Assembly: GCF_006345805.1 (NCBI RefSeq)
Contig: NC_043011.1
Span: forward strand, 64,120,464-64,184,463
Direction: 5' to 3'
Length of the DNA stretch: 64,000 nt
Origin: Octopus sinensis
Lineage: Eukaryota
Positions 25,855-40,384 of the stretch are shown here, in pieces. The notes under the pieces are model-generated. The model did not search any database. It had not been told where the DNA came from and saw only the letters and a program-made list of their open reading frames with translations. Every line of letters starts with the position of its first letter. Within the stretch, counting starts at the first letter, position 1. The position numbers and the translations under genes are program-made.

Positions 25855-28754
25855 ACCTTAGATAAACTTAGATATGTTTCGACCAAAGATTGGTCCAGGC
25901 CATGTCTAACATAATAGCACCACCTGATAGGATTATTTGAATCCTGTTTAGGTCAAGTTTTGTTTATGGTCCATTCAAGTAGTGAGTTTTTGTGGGGTGA
26001 GTTGTATCCAATTATGAGTGACTTATCTGGTATTCCTTGAAGGAATCTATCCAGACTCCGTTTAAAGTTGATGGGATCCTTTTCCTCTTTGATCTCTTTC
26101 GGGACAATGTTAAATAGGGCAGGGCCTGTTGAGGAAAAGAAATTATGTTGCAGTGTACATGTATGCTGTGATCTTGAATTGGGCAGGGGACGTATGGCCC
26201 GTGGTCCCCGTCTTGGATGAACCTTGAGGCTAATGTTCAGGTCGTTTGGGCAAAGTTGGCGATTTATTCTCCACATCGTACAAATGATGTACAGCTCACG
26301 GCGACGCTGGAGGGAGCAAAGTTTCAAGACTTTAATGCGAGCCCAATAATCGAGAGCAGCCATACCTTTAATTCGTTTAGTGAGTGCCCTCTGGGGTGAT
26401 TCAATCCTCGAGATGTTTTGCCTTGTATGGGGAGAGGACAGTGGGCAGCAGTATTCGAGGTGTGGCCGTACAAAGGAGGAGAAAAGTGGTATGATGACAC
26501 CCTGTTCTCTGGATCGGAAAGCTCTCAAGATCCAGGAACTCATCCTACGAGCTATATCGACCTTCTTGTTGATGTGTGCACTCCAACTGAGATCGTCATC
26601 AACAATTATACCCAGGTCTCTGATATTGTTAGAGGCTGTGAGCGTTTCCCCTGAAGAAAGAGTGTATGGCTGTTTAGTGAGGAATTTTTTCCAAAATGCA
26701 TCAGCTCAAATTTTCCCTCGTTTAGTTCCATTTTGTTTCTGTCTGCCCATTGACTCACAGCATATAAATCAGACTGGAGTTGAGTTCGGTCTGCTTCTTC
26801 ATTGACGATTTGTTGGAGCTTAGTGTCATAAGCAATTATTTTCACTTTGCAGTAATGTACGACACTAGAAAGGTCGTTTATGTAAATTATGAAGAGTAGC
26901 AGACCCAAGACAGTCCCCTGGGGAACACCGCTGGTGACTTTTGCTGGGCTTGTTGTGTTCTATTCGCCAGGAAATACTTAATCCAGTGTAGAACTTTTCC
27001 ACGGATTCCAACATTTGCCAATTTGTAGAGTAGGATATTATGGTCTACCCTGTCGAACGCTTTACTGAAGTCAAGATATATCACATCAGAGTTCGAACCG
27101 GATCCCAAGACTTTGAGGACATCTTCAATATGGTATTAGAGCTGTGTTAGACAGTCCCTGCCACAGCGAAAGCCATACTGATTTGTATTTAAGAGTTTGT
27201 CTCCAGGAAGTCAGCTATCCTTGATCTTAACACTCTTTCAAACACTTTAACGATGTGGGAGGTGAGTGAGATTGGGCGATAGTTGAGTGCGAGGGATATG
27301 TTTTCCTGTTTGAAAACCGGGATGACCGACTGGGATAGAAACTGTTTCGGTATATAACCTGCGTCTAACGAATGTCTCCAGAGGTTGGTCAGAGGGACTG
27401 CAAGTTTGTGTCTACATTCCTTCAGGAGACTAGTGGGGAATCTATCAGGGCCTACAGAAGAGTAGTATTTGACCTCATTTATTGCTGCTACGATGTCAGT
27501 GGCAGTGACGGTTATGTCTGAGATTTTATGTTGGGAGTCAACATCGTTCGCTTCTCTTACGTCAATATCAGTGGGAACACTAAAGACAGAGCGTATTGTT
27601 TCTAGAGTATTTCTGCCATTTCTTTAGCATCGTGTTGGTGAATGCCGTTATCATCAATCAATGGTCCAATGGGTGAGACACTGGTTCTATGCTTATTTGC
27701 ATAAGAATAGAACACGTTTGGGTTCTGTTTGATGTTTTTGATTACCCACTGTTCCTCCACAGCTCTTTGATTTTTCAATTGAGGTTTTCATGTCGGTCTG
27801 CAGGTGAAGTTTTTTCCAGCTCTAGCCTTTTCATTGTTGTTGAATGTGGATGTTGTGTGTGGGAATATTTTAATTGGTTGGTTTTTTTGTTGAGTCTTTT
27901 GATGCGCCTGATAAGTGATTGTTTTTTTCTTTTTACGGAGCCGGTTTCTGTTTGCGTTAGTAGATTTCGTGGGAGCGTGTTTAGAGCATGAATAGGTGAC
28001 AATTTCCTCAAAGTGCTGCCATGCGGTTTCGATATGTGTGGAGTTGAGAGTAAAAGACCAGTCGATGAAAGACAGATCCTTTCTGATTGCTCCCCAGTCC
28101 GCTTTGTGGAGGTTTATGTTGTCAAATGGGTGCCATGGAGTGGGATTGGCTGGTATGATTTTTATGTGTCGGGAATTAAAATTAAAGAGTACCATGTCGT
28201 GGTCTGAGAGTTTTTTTCAACTGAAATACTGTGAACGAAGCTAGAGTGATTGGTCAATACCAGATCCAAGATCGTTTTATTCTGTCTCGTTGGTTCGAGC
28301 ACTAGCTGAGTCAGGAAGTATTCATCCATTAGATTAAAGAGCAGTTCTGCTGCTGCTGTATCTGATGTAGAGCACTTGCCTAACTTCAGAGTGGTTGTGG
28401 GCCAGTTCACCTGATGGAGGTTAAAATCGCCCATCACTATAATGCTTCCGGAGTTGTACTTCCGAAGGAAGGACTTGACTTTGTTAAGGCACTCTTCAAA
28501 CACTTTAGAAGTGCTTGGGGAGGCCTGTAAAGACCAACAATGATTATGTCCTTGGCCTTGCTGAATAGTGATACAGATTCACAATAGCCATTGGGAAATA
28601 TGTCCTTGGCATCAAGTAAATAAGAGTCATGGATAAAGATCGCTGTCCCTTCCTTATTTTGGTCTGCCCGATCCGCACGAACAATGGTGAAATCTTTTAT
28701 TTTCACCTGGGCGTCCATATGGGTGTTGTTCAGGTGAGTCTTGGTAATGATATT

Positions 28755-28765
<11 letters not shown>
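25855..28765 (-). mobile_element. CR1/L2-group LINE, degenerate ORF2 (APE endonuclease + RT), 5'-truncated
   Basis: GLYRPP, IIVMGDFN, EPTRQNKTILDLVLTN, DVIYLDFSKAFDRVDH, LLFIIYINDL, VRPHLEYC; many frameshifts; short tandem-repeat tail near 25855. Confidence 0.92.
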
Positions 28766-28826
<61 letters not shown>

Positions 28827-28829
28827 CAT

Positions 28830-28864
<35 letters not shown>

Positions 28865-29379
28865 ACAAGAGTTAAGGAAAGGAATTGATAAGATCCGTGC
28901 TACATATGTTTCATAGCGAGCAGGACCTCTCTGATTATATATTTCATGTGTTAAATTGCACTACCTTCCAACAAAGTAAGTTTTCGTTAAATGTAGATAT
29001 ATTTGGTCTCATGAGTAGCCTTTGCCATAAACGACGCTTGGTTAGTTACCGCTTGCCAGGTTTTGCTTGCTATGAAACATATAGTTCCCGGATATTATAT
29101 ACTCCATTTCTTAAAACGTTGTTAAACTTATTCGCACACCCGGGAATTCTGGTTGCCTACCGTCAAATATAAATTGAACATTATTTTTCAGCTCATCGTA
29201 ATTTGATAAAAGACAATCCACAACCTTCCACATTAATGATCCGTTATTGTTCCTCAATGTTTATATTTATATTTATTACACTTTGTTTAAAGCCAAGTTA
29301 TTTCGTAGACCTCGAAATTTGGAACATATATTTACAAACACATAATTTTTCTCCCTCTCTCCCTCTCACACACACATAC

Positions 29380-29474
<95 letters not shown>

Positions 29475-29478
<4 letters not shown>

Positions 29479-29755
29479 AATATTAGGGAATAAATCCAAA
29501 CTTACAGGGAAAAATCAGATTTAGGATGGAATCAATTTAAACCTCGCCAAGATAAATATTTAAACCACCTGATGAATGACTGCGACTCAAACATTTGAAG
29601 AAGTTAGCAGGCATGAAACGATCGTAGTGTGATATTAATTATATTTTTTAAATAATTTTGTTATATATTTAAATAATATAAATTAAATAATCTTATGTAT
29701 AGGCTTAAGTTTTTCATTGTTTGATTTTCCTAATAGTGGTTTTGTCTCTAATTTA

Positions 29756-29760
<5 letters not shown>
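29475..29760 (+). mobile_element. Penelope-like pLTR, family D
   Basis: Bounded by (TA)n; carries the hammerhead motif at 29566-29629. Confidence 0.55.
29566..29629 (+). ncRNA. Hammerhead ribozyme motif with palindromic stem III
   Basis: cac-CTGATGA-atgactgc...gcaggcat-GAAAC gatc GT-A-gtg; acgatcgt is palindromic; stem I is only 3 bp. Confidence 0.6.
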
Positions 29761-29799
<39 letters not shown>

Positions 29800-29845
29800 G
29801 ATATCTACACACACACACATATATATATATATATGTATATATATA

Positions 29846-30686
29846 CAGGGTGAGTACACAGTAGAAACTGGTTATAGAATTTCAAGTTTCACTGAAGTCA
29901 TGGCGAAAACATTTTTCAACAGACAACACTAATAAGGATTTCATATTTTCTTATTGCCACATTTCTTATTTTCCAGATGACCAGTCGTTTGAATGTCCAT
30001 GAGTTAGATAAGATACTGGCGCGCTATGAAGTGTAGAATTCCATTGTTTTGTTTCAGAGATGGTGGCATGTATATAAAGGTAAGCATGCAAAACTAGATC
30101 CGGAGATAATAAAAGTTTGTCATGCAAAGCTGATGACAATGAGCTCTGTGCACGATGGAAGAAGTGGCCGTCCAACCACATCCGAATTAGCAGAGAACGT
30201 AGCAACACTACACAAATCACAGCGTGCAAAAATCAACACTTCAAGCAGCTCATGAAAGTGGACTAAGAAGACAGAGAATACGTACGCTGTTGCATAAAGA
30301 ACTGAAGGTTCGTCCGTGGTGGTCACTCCATTACGTGCGCGAGCAGCAGTCCAGAAGTTGAGAACTCCAAGAAGTCCAGATCGCACTCCATGTGATTTTT
30401 ACCTGTGCGGTTACAAAGAAGAGGATGTATACATGACAAATCCTCGCACACTGGAATACTTGGAAACACGGATTGAGGGGGTTCTCTATGATATCTCAGA
30501 CGACATCCTTCAGAAGTTTGTTGATTCCATCCCTTGAAGTTTGAGGAAACTGTTCGGCGCCACGGTTGCTTACGTTGAAATATGAAATTCTATTTTCATT
30601 TTCCCGACCTAAATAATTAAATTTGTAAAAAGGAATATGAATTTTATTACCAAATTTCTATTCCCACTTACTTCTCACCCATCCTG
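29846..30686 (+). mobile_element. Internally deleted Tc1/mariner-superfamily element
   Basis: TA|CAGGGTG...CATCCTG|TA ends; RSPDRTPCDFYLCGY..VY..NPRTLEYL transposase C-terminus. Confidence 0.85.
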
Positions 30687-31094
30687 TATAAGTATATATG
30701 TTTGTTTACTTTTTGTAGCTTTGTATAGGCCCACTTTTGTTCATACATATATCCATATGTGTATGTTTAACAATCCCACACGCATTATTATTACTTCTGG
30801 ATAAAGGATAAACGAAGTAACTTGATAAGAAATGCTCCCGTAAAAACCGTAGACTGAGGATTAAAAAATTGTGAAAGATAAACTATTTTATTTTCGAAAA
30901 CTTATTCAATTAAATCTTATTTCACATCTAAACACAGCTATGACTGAATATGATCAGATTAGCTAAGTTTATTATATGTCGCAATTTATCAAATATATTT
31001 ATTTATGATGTTGATACACATCTGTTACAATGTTTTCTTAAGCACTTAGACAATGCAACGTGGACATAAGTCTTAGTGTCAGTGAATAGAGACG

Positions 31095-31131
31095 ATGCTA
31101 ATTTATATCTTCCTTTCTTTTCTCATTGTTG
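31095..31131 (+). CDS. Paralog 3, exon 1, signal peptide (MLIYIFLSFLIV-G)
   Basis: gacgATG...GTTG|gtaagt; 37 nt, phase 1. Confidence 0.88.
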
Positions 31132-32851
31132 GTAAGTTCCTCTATTAGAAATCTGTATCGATAACTCTTACTTTGTCTCTGTCTTTTTGTCTGATTCTCT
31201 ATATTATCAAATATATATATGAAGAAATGGAAACAGGAAAAGAGAAATAAGGGGAAAAATAAGGAACGGCAAGTAAGAATAACCGAAAAGCAAGGGTGTA
31301 TGTTTATTGGGGAATGTAGCCTCTCTGATTATCGTTAAATTGGTCAAATATCCAATGGGAGCGAATAGAAACGGATATATATATATACATACATTAAATT
31401 GATAATAATATACATATGTATATAATTATATTAAGGGAGCAAGTGCGAAAAATACCTAAATCCAACATGCTTGAAGTGCCGCGACCTTCAAAAGAAAATC
31501 TACCCAAAACTCCAGATTAAAAAAACAACAACACTTGACTGCTGCTATATGTATATATAATGATAGTTTATTTTCAAACGCAGAGACACCTTTAGAATAG
31601 CAACAATTGGAGAATTTGTCCAAAAACAACCCCTTGACAAAAGTTTTTTCTTTGTAAGGGCAATTTTGTACGTGCTTATGCTGCTTTAACTGTGACTACG
31701 TGTTCGAAAATATAATTCTTATCTTATTTGTATCTTATAAATGCATGTGTATGTATGTGTGTGTGGATAGAGAGAGAAAGAAAGATAGGTAACTAGAAGG
31801 AAAACTAAAAATGCATTTCCGTACCTACCTTTATGCATATACATATATACACATACAGGAGCTTGTTAACTGCTATGCACTATATGCCAATGAAATATAG
31901 TGATACATAATTGCATGTGGATGGTAAAACCTACGTTAATTTTTTTTGTAGCTCCCTAGAATGAAATAATTGATAAGTTACGATAATTTAAACTTATGTA
32001 ATTCTAGGTAGCCCTTACTGAAGATGTTTAATCCTATCATGTCTCCTATGTATCGTTCCGTACCTGCGTCTTGATGGTAGACGTGAACGCAATAAGAAAT
32101 TATTAACATTACGTCATTGTGAAATTATGGTAGCTTAAACGTTCAAAAGTGATTGAAAGATGAAAGCAAGATATAAAGTTTTCGTATATCTTTAGAAATT
32201 GCTTAAGGAAAGAAAATGAAAGTTTTCTTGTGCTTTGCAAGAAGGGAATTAATGAATGATGATAAGAAATTGAAAGCATTACGTAATCTTGAACATTCTT
32301 TTTAAAAAGGCTTTAATCAAAGTTAACGTCGAAATATAATGAACTTCTTTCTTTTATTATATTTACAATTAATAAAACAAATCGATTATTTACTCAAATA
32401 AAAAGAAGTTTACATTATTTCATGTGGTTCATATTTTTCGTGCTTTAAGCGCTCTATGATCTCAAAGAGATACGAAATACACGGTAGAAAGGAAATAGTA
32501 ACAATACCTACTTGGGATTGTTTCGAGTACTTTCCGCTTGGCGATTGTAGGCCATGTCTGATGAGTTGAAAATCTTAACGCTGTGGTTAATAACGTTGTC
32601 ATAACAACAAATAATTTCCCATGTTGCTGCGTGGCCAGCTGTGTTGAATTATGTTAAGTGCTTGTAAATTCTTCATTCATTAATTTCGGAAACAAAATGA
32701 ATGCGAGTTTTCGCTATCGCGAATCAAAACAAACCGCAGTAAAGCTTTTGAAAATATTCAGCTGAAAATTTGAGAAAAATAGGTAGTTGCGGGACATTTA
32801 ACAAGATGCCACACACATACACATATACATACTTACACACACACCCACCAA

Positions 32852-32930
<79 letters not shown>

Positions 32931-33402
32931 AATAAATATCGTAATGCAATAGTGTTAAATTCCGGTAAAATAAAGCCCCATAAGGGTAGAACTGCACCAA
33001 TATTTACTGGAAATAGCAGTAAATACAAAATCGACGCTGTTGTAAAGCTTCACTGTGTTTATATTTGCAAAGATGTGTGAGTGCAAGAAACATAAGAATT
33101 TCTCTTACCTCTAGGAAGAACATAAGAGAAATAGACAGAGAGAATCGGAAAATACAGAACCTAAGTTTCAGATTCTTCAAATATCTTTGTCAACGTAAAT
33201 TTGATCAGTCTTCACCAGCTGAAGTTACCAAGACAATATTTCAAATGTTGCCTCATCAATCACAGTGCGCTAGCCTGAACGCTTAGCAGTTAATAGAACG
33301 AGTACAATGAAAATGTTTTCAATGAAAAAATATTGCAATACAAACATATTACTTTCCAGTAAAATAAAGTCCCAAAAGCGTTCAGGAGAGTACTTCAGGC
33401 GA

Positions 33403-33482
<80 letters not shown>

Positions 33483-33553
33483 GTGTGTGTGATTGTGTAT
33501 AGAAGAATATATTAATAAAACGTGAAAATCAGACAAGGTTGGAATTCTTTTTA

Positions 33554-33620
<67 letters not shown>

Positions 33621-33772
33621 ATAAAAAATATATATAAAAATACAAAATGGGACAAGAACGCAAAGCACTCAAATAGATGACAGAAAAACGGACGGGTCAT
33701 TCGAAGCCTCTAATCTTCAGTCAAGAACCGGATCATCCTCGCAATATATATACATTGATAAATTATATATAC

Positions 33773-33851
<79 letters not shown>

Positions 33852-33894
33852 TATAAATATATATATATATGTATTTATTTATCTATACACACAC

Positions 33895-33967
<73 letters not shown>

Positions 33968-34210
33968 TATTTATAGAGTGTTGCGTATACAAAGACTAAT
34001 TTTGGAAAAACAAAATTATTTACTCATTATTATTAACGCTTTCGCTGGTGTCTCTAACTTGTCAAATAGAATTCTCTTTCACAAGTTCGATAAAAGAACA
34101 AAAGCGATAGTAATAAGGATAATGAATATATAGATTTTTTCCAAAATTCTGGCAACCTTTTTTCTCATTATATATTTGTGTGTGTATGTATTTATGTGTG
34201 GTATATGTGC

Positions 34211-34270
<60 letters not shown>

Positions 34271-34614
34271 GTACACAGATATGTAGGTGACTGTCGTCTC
34301 GACAAAGTGATATACTTCAAAATATGCATCACTATGAGACAGTGTTATTTATTTCAATATGGCGCGAATATATTTTAGACAATGGTGAACTATCACATTT
34401 CTTAGAACCCTTCGCAAGTCGAAGGCGGAAATGGATTTCTGCAGCAGAAAATGTGTCAAAGAGAACGCCATCCGATGTATTGAAACTGGAAAAGTGAAAG
34501 TGATAATGATGTTCATGATGTTAGCTCTGCATATTTTGTGAAATCATTAACTTTATATTGATATACTTAAGAATGATTGCGTTGTGTTTTCCATGTAAAT
34601 ATTCTTTTCTTCTC

Positions 34615-35197
34615 TAGGCACACGGCCCGAAATTTTAGGGGAGGGAGCCAGTCGATTAAATCGAACCCAGTACACTTATAGTACTTAGTTTATCGACCCT
34701 GGAAGAATGAAAGTGAAAGTCGACCTTGGTGGAATTTGAAATTAGAACCAAAAGACTGACGAAATATCGCTAAGCATTTCACCCGGTTTGCTAACGTTTC
34801 TTATTTCTTTATTGCCCACAAGGGGCTAAACATAGCAGGGACGAACAAGTACAGAGAAAGGGATTAAGCCGATTAGATCGACCCCAGTGTGTAACGACCC
34901 CGAAGGGGTGAAAGGGGAAGTCGACCTCGGCGGAATTTGAACTCAGAGCGTAGCGGCTAACGAAATACCTATTTTTTTACTACCGACAAGAGGCTACACA
35001 CGGAAGGGACAAAGAAGGACAGACAAAGGGATTAAGTCAATTATATCGACCCTAGTGTTTAACTGGTACTTAATTTATCGACCCCGAAAGGATGAAAGGC
35101 AAAGTCGTCCTCGGCGGAATTTGAAGTCAGAACGTCAAGACAGACGAAGCACCGCTAAGCATTCCGCCCGGCGTGCTAACATTTCTGCCAGCCCGCC
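34615..35197 (-). mobile_element. SINE family A, three fused or nested copies
   Basis: Three successive family A bodies, junctions near 34800 and at 34969/34970; intact head at the right end. Confidence 0.88.
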
Positions 35198-36153
35198 GCC
35201 TGTCTCCACGTATCTATTGTATATAATCGGAATGCAATATGTTTTGTGAGTGTAGTCAGTTTTGTATATTTAATAGATTATGATTGCATTTATTCAAATG
35301 GAAGCTAAAATGATAATTAATGAACAATTTATAGTATATATTGATATCTATCAGAGCATGAAGGGTTATTGTTTTTATAACCAATCTTCATGAATAAGAT
35401 TTCACATGAACAGTCTGAAGAGTGGCACAAACGCTAAAGAAATATAAGAGTTTATTCTAATTTTGTACTCGCTATATTAAGTCAGGCAACTTATCCCATA
35501 TTTTAGATGCTAATTTTATCAAGGTTGTTAGAATAACAATTCCACATATTTGTTTAATATTTTTTGCACGGGGCCAGCAATTTCGGAAGATAAAGTACAG
35601 TTATAAAATGCAACATCTGCTTCAGCATTATTTGAACCCAGAACATAGAGACGAATGTGATTCCGCGAACGTACTTTGCCTGGCGTGCTAAAAATTAAGC
35701 AAGTTAACAATTCAAAATACCGGTTTAACATTTTGGGCCAGGGCCAACAATTTCGTGTGAGATATTAATCGATTACATTGATCCCAGTGAACTACTGGTA
35801 CATATGTTATTGAACGTGAATGGATGAAAGGCAAAGTCAACCCCCGTGGAACATATAGTTTAACGAAACGCTACTGACTGTCTTAACAATTCCAGATATT
35901 ATAACATATAAAGGATTACATTTCAGAAAATATTCTGAAAATATGATTAATAATGTACGTATAATATTCTATTCTAATTGAAATTTCAACACACAAAAGG
36001 CAGTAAAGAATCAGTGACAGTAAGAATATCTGCCAATATATGTGTTTTGGCCAGAACTGAATATCTTAGTAATGTGTGTTATTTAAAATATATGTTCTTC
36101 AATATCATGGGTATCCTTTGAAAATTTAATTTATTTTTGTTTCTAAGTTTCAG

Positions 36154-36253
36154 GTAGGGCGAAGGTTGATTATTGTTCAGATAAGGCGGAATGGTTATGC
36201 ATATTTTCCAAACATTATTTCAGAGATTTGAATTACGATAAAGCCTTTTGCCG
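36154..36253 (+). CDS. Paralog 3, exon 2 (GRAKVDYCSDKAEWLCIFSKHYFRDLNYDKAFCR)
   Basis: ttctaagtttcag|100 nt|gtatgt; phase 1->2. Confidence 0.9.
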
Positions 36254-36544
36254 GTATGTATATTCGCACATCAACTATACCTTCTACACTCAATAATTAA
36301 GCATAGATTACTTTGAAATGTTCTTGGCTTTCTTGTCTCCTTCTATCTATGTGTTACACCCTCGGCGCTTGTCTGCCTTTTTCTATCGTCAACTGAATAA
36401 GTACCACGTGAGCAGTGGTGCCAATGTAATCGATTTATTCCCTTCCCCGTGTTTCCTGCCCTACATTCTCCCAACAATTTTTTGGGCCTTTTCCTAATTT
36501 ATACTTTTCCTAATTTATACAAAAAGATTTTGTTGGGAAAATAT

Positions 36545-36740
36545 AGGGGTCTGAAAACTGAGGGAAGGGAATAAGTCGATTTCATTGACCCCAAAGCTCA
36601 CATGGTACATATTTTATAGACCCCGAAATGATGTGAGGGATTTTCGACCGTGGTAAAATTTGAACTCAGTACGTATAAATGGGCGAAATGTCGTAAAGCC
36701 ATTTTCTCTGGAGTGGTAAAGATACTTCTAGCTTGTCGTC
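36545..36740 (-). mobile_element. Old SINE family A copy
   Basis: Diverged match including tttgaactcag. Confidence 0.7.
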
Positions 36741-37246
36741 TTACTTCAAAACAAATATTGCAAATTGTTTATTTATTCTTGATTTATTCTTCAATCCGTT
36801 TGCCGTTTTTAATGTTTCAAATTCAGGTGATTCAACAATTAAATTCAGTAGAAGGGACTTAGTCAACCCTAGGTGCAAATGTCAAGTACATATTCTGAAC
36901 ACCACTGTCGAATTTACCAATTCCACGGAGGAATATAATAATAGAAAGACAATGTCTTAAATGCAAGCGTTTTATATTAATCAATAAATTTATCAGAATG
37001 AATGAATAATATTCAACTGAAAATTTTAGAAAAGTTTGAAACGAAATAAGCAAATATAGAAAGTAGTAAGCGAACACATACACTCTCAAATGATGGTTCT
37101 TATCTGGCCGAAACACAGAAGTTAGAATCAATATTATTCTTGGTAAACTATAATAAATTTGTACTCAAGAACTATAAGCAGTCACCTTAATATTCAAGGT
37201 AATGTTTTTGATACCAACTCAACATAAAGCAAACGATATATATATA

Positions 37247-37653
37247 TCTATATATATATAAACGACAGTTTGTCTGTGTGTGTGTCTGTGTGTCTGCCAG
37301 GTTGTACCCTCACCCTGACCACGGCTTTCAACCGATTCTGATGAAACTTGACACACACATAGCCCAATGTCATAATTCAAAACTAACGCAGCGAAAATTT
37401 TGAAAAGTTCCCCCAATTCTGAAAAAATTGATAAATTCGACATGGGGTCGAGAATCTAAGCTTTTTATATGCAACATATTTTCTGTCGGGAGACAGCTAG
37501 GAACATCGTATACATAGAAGTATTCGAGTGAAGAGAAGACATTGCAACCTACACATGCGCCTTCGTTCCCTAGAGAGAAAGAACTAGATTGGGATCAGTC
37601 GTTGTCTACTAGGGTCTCTTACATACCCGGGCAATGCCGGGCTATGCTGCTAG
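37247..37653 (+). mobile_element. Non-autonomous Helitron
   Basis: A|TC 5' end, gtctgtgtgt repeats, hairpin cccgg-gcaatg-ccggg (37626-37641), CTAG|T 3' end, no TSD. Confidence 0.85.
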
Positions 37654-38773
37654 TATATATATATACATGCATGCAGATGAAGAGAAAATGTAAATAGCAT
37701 ATTGATTTGACGATGCAAAAATATTAAGAAAATAAACAATCAAACAATAAATATATTTAAAAACAAATAAATGTCATGAAAAAGAAATTTATTAATCTTT
37801 GTTTCTTCGTAATATATAAGTTGTAAGTTATTTTCTTTCAAATACATGTATAAATTTTTGTATGTTGTTCTCCTTCTATAATGTGATTTCAGATTCTTTT
37901 CATAGAAATGTTTTTACCAAAGCTGATTGTACAAAAGTTTTATTCTGCCACAAACTTCATTTAAATTGGAAAACAATCTCATACCGAAAATCCTCATATA
38001 TACCAAACCATTTATGATTCGCATTTTTTGTGTGTGGCTTACATTATCATGTATCCTACATTATCATGTTAGCAGCTTCTAAATAGAAGCATAAGACAAA
38101 TTTATTGAACATTATCAATATGAGAGAGAAAAAGAGAGATAGAGATACAGACATCCAGAAAAGCAGGCAGAAATGGAGACATGTATATGAATCCATACAT
38201 GCATGAATAGTTTTCTTACCCTTTTATAAGATGTATTTTTTATTAAGAAATTAATGTTTATATATTCGTTTGGTGGTTAATTAGTGACAGAGGGGCTTGT
38301 ACGTAGATATATACGTGTGTGTGTCTAGCTGTGTCTGTCAGCTTGTTTGCGTCTCCTTTGTCGTGCATGTGTGGACGTATCTGCATTTATGCGGGTGTCT
38401 TTTAGTATATGAACTAATGATTATGTTTTACAATTTGTTTTAAAATTTCAAAATCAGTGATACTTGGGGGTAACTTCTGAACACATAGTGCATTAATCCC
38501 GTAAACATCACTTGTGCCAATCAGGGCTTAGAAAATTGCATAGTCGTTAATCCTCAGCAAATACACGATTAGAGTTCAGTAAAAAGCATATCACTCGATA
38601 TAGCAAAGTACATAATGACAATAATGACAAACACCTTGCCATTATACTTACATATTAAACTTCCATTCAGTATGAAAGCCATATTTCAAAGTAAATTTCG
38701 ATTTCTTCCAGTATTGAAATAGAAACAATATTTCAATATTCTTGTTTCTTTATAGATTTGATACAGGACGGCA

Positions 38774-38805
<32 letters not shown>

Positions 38806-39065
38806 AGGTGACAGAGAGAAATCGAAAGCAGATAGCTTTTTGTTAAATTCCTTTTGCCTTTTGTTGCATAAAATATCAATGTATTTGAATTGAAATGCCT
38901 CCCCTTCACTACTAAAATGAAAGGATCTAAACTTACATCACACAGCTTGATCAAACATCTAAAAATAGGTAATTACCGGCATTGTATTTTAATACGTTTT
39001 AAGATGAATATACCATGTATGCGTTTGACATTTTCAGTAACATTTGATTTATGATTGCTTTGCAG

Positions 39066-39153
39066 TAAATTTCAAAGTAAGGCTGAATGTTTAATGGATA
39101 TGAAGGATTACTGTCCTGGAGTATACAGGAACTACTTTTACCATAAATGTATT
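39066..39153 (+). CDS. Paralog 3, exon 3 (KFQSKAECLMDMKDYCPGVYRNYFYHKCI)
   Basis: attgctttgcag|88 nt|gtaaga; phase 2->0. Confidence 0.9.
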
Positions 39154-39518
39154 GTAAGAAAACATTTTATTCTGCTTATAAGCAATCTACTGTATTGTTC
39201 AATTATATTTATGTTACTAGTTCATAAAGTATATTATCGTAGAGTATATCTTACATTGATACGTATAATCGTATAATTGCACATTTAGAAGTCACTCTTA
39301 TTTTTTTTTTATAGAATAAAATATACGTATGTGACGTATATTTAAGAGAATATATAATCTAATTTTGTACATTATCGGAGATAATAGTTATTGTTTATAA
39401 CAGAATATGGAAAATTCCTTACATACCTTTTAAACTCCAAAAATGTAGCCATTGATTTCCATGTCCAAACATATTAAAGACTGACTATTAATGTTGATTA
39501 AGATTTTTTCCCAGAGTG

Positions 39519-39915
<397 letters not shown>

Positions 39916-40384
39916 TCAATATAGGGAGGCAAAAAAATGTTGTAGAATTCTTTTGCCCCAGCGGCCTAGTGGGAAAAAATAGTCATAAACCATTTTTAAG
40001 TTCAATATCACAATCAAGGAACGGCCATAATAGGCCATTCACCCACTAGAAATACAGCCAAAAGCTTCAAAAAGCGCAAAATAACATTAATTCCGTAAAT
40101 CAGAGAAAATTAAAAACATTTATATATATATACATAGCGAGAGAGAGAGAGAGATGTTAAAGGGAACGGAGAGTGTAGAAAAAATAGATACAAGTCCAAA
40201 TGAGAGAGAGTAGTGTAACATGACTAATCTATATCACTGGTCGTTGTGGTGTCTATACATACGTATTACACTATTCACATATTCAAATTAAATTGGTTCG
40301 TGTGTTCTTGAAATAGCTGTTTACAGTTTACGTAATTTCATTTGTTTCCATTATTCATTATTCAGTATTTTGGTCTATGTAGAT

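Noticed and set aside
25868-25912. Stem-loop plus GAAAC at the CR1-like 3' end as a hammerhead
   Set aside because: No CUGANGA core or stem I; better explained as an ordinary LINE 3' terminal stem-loop.
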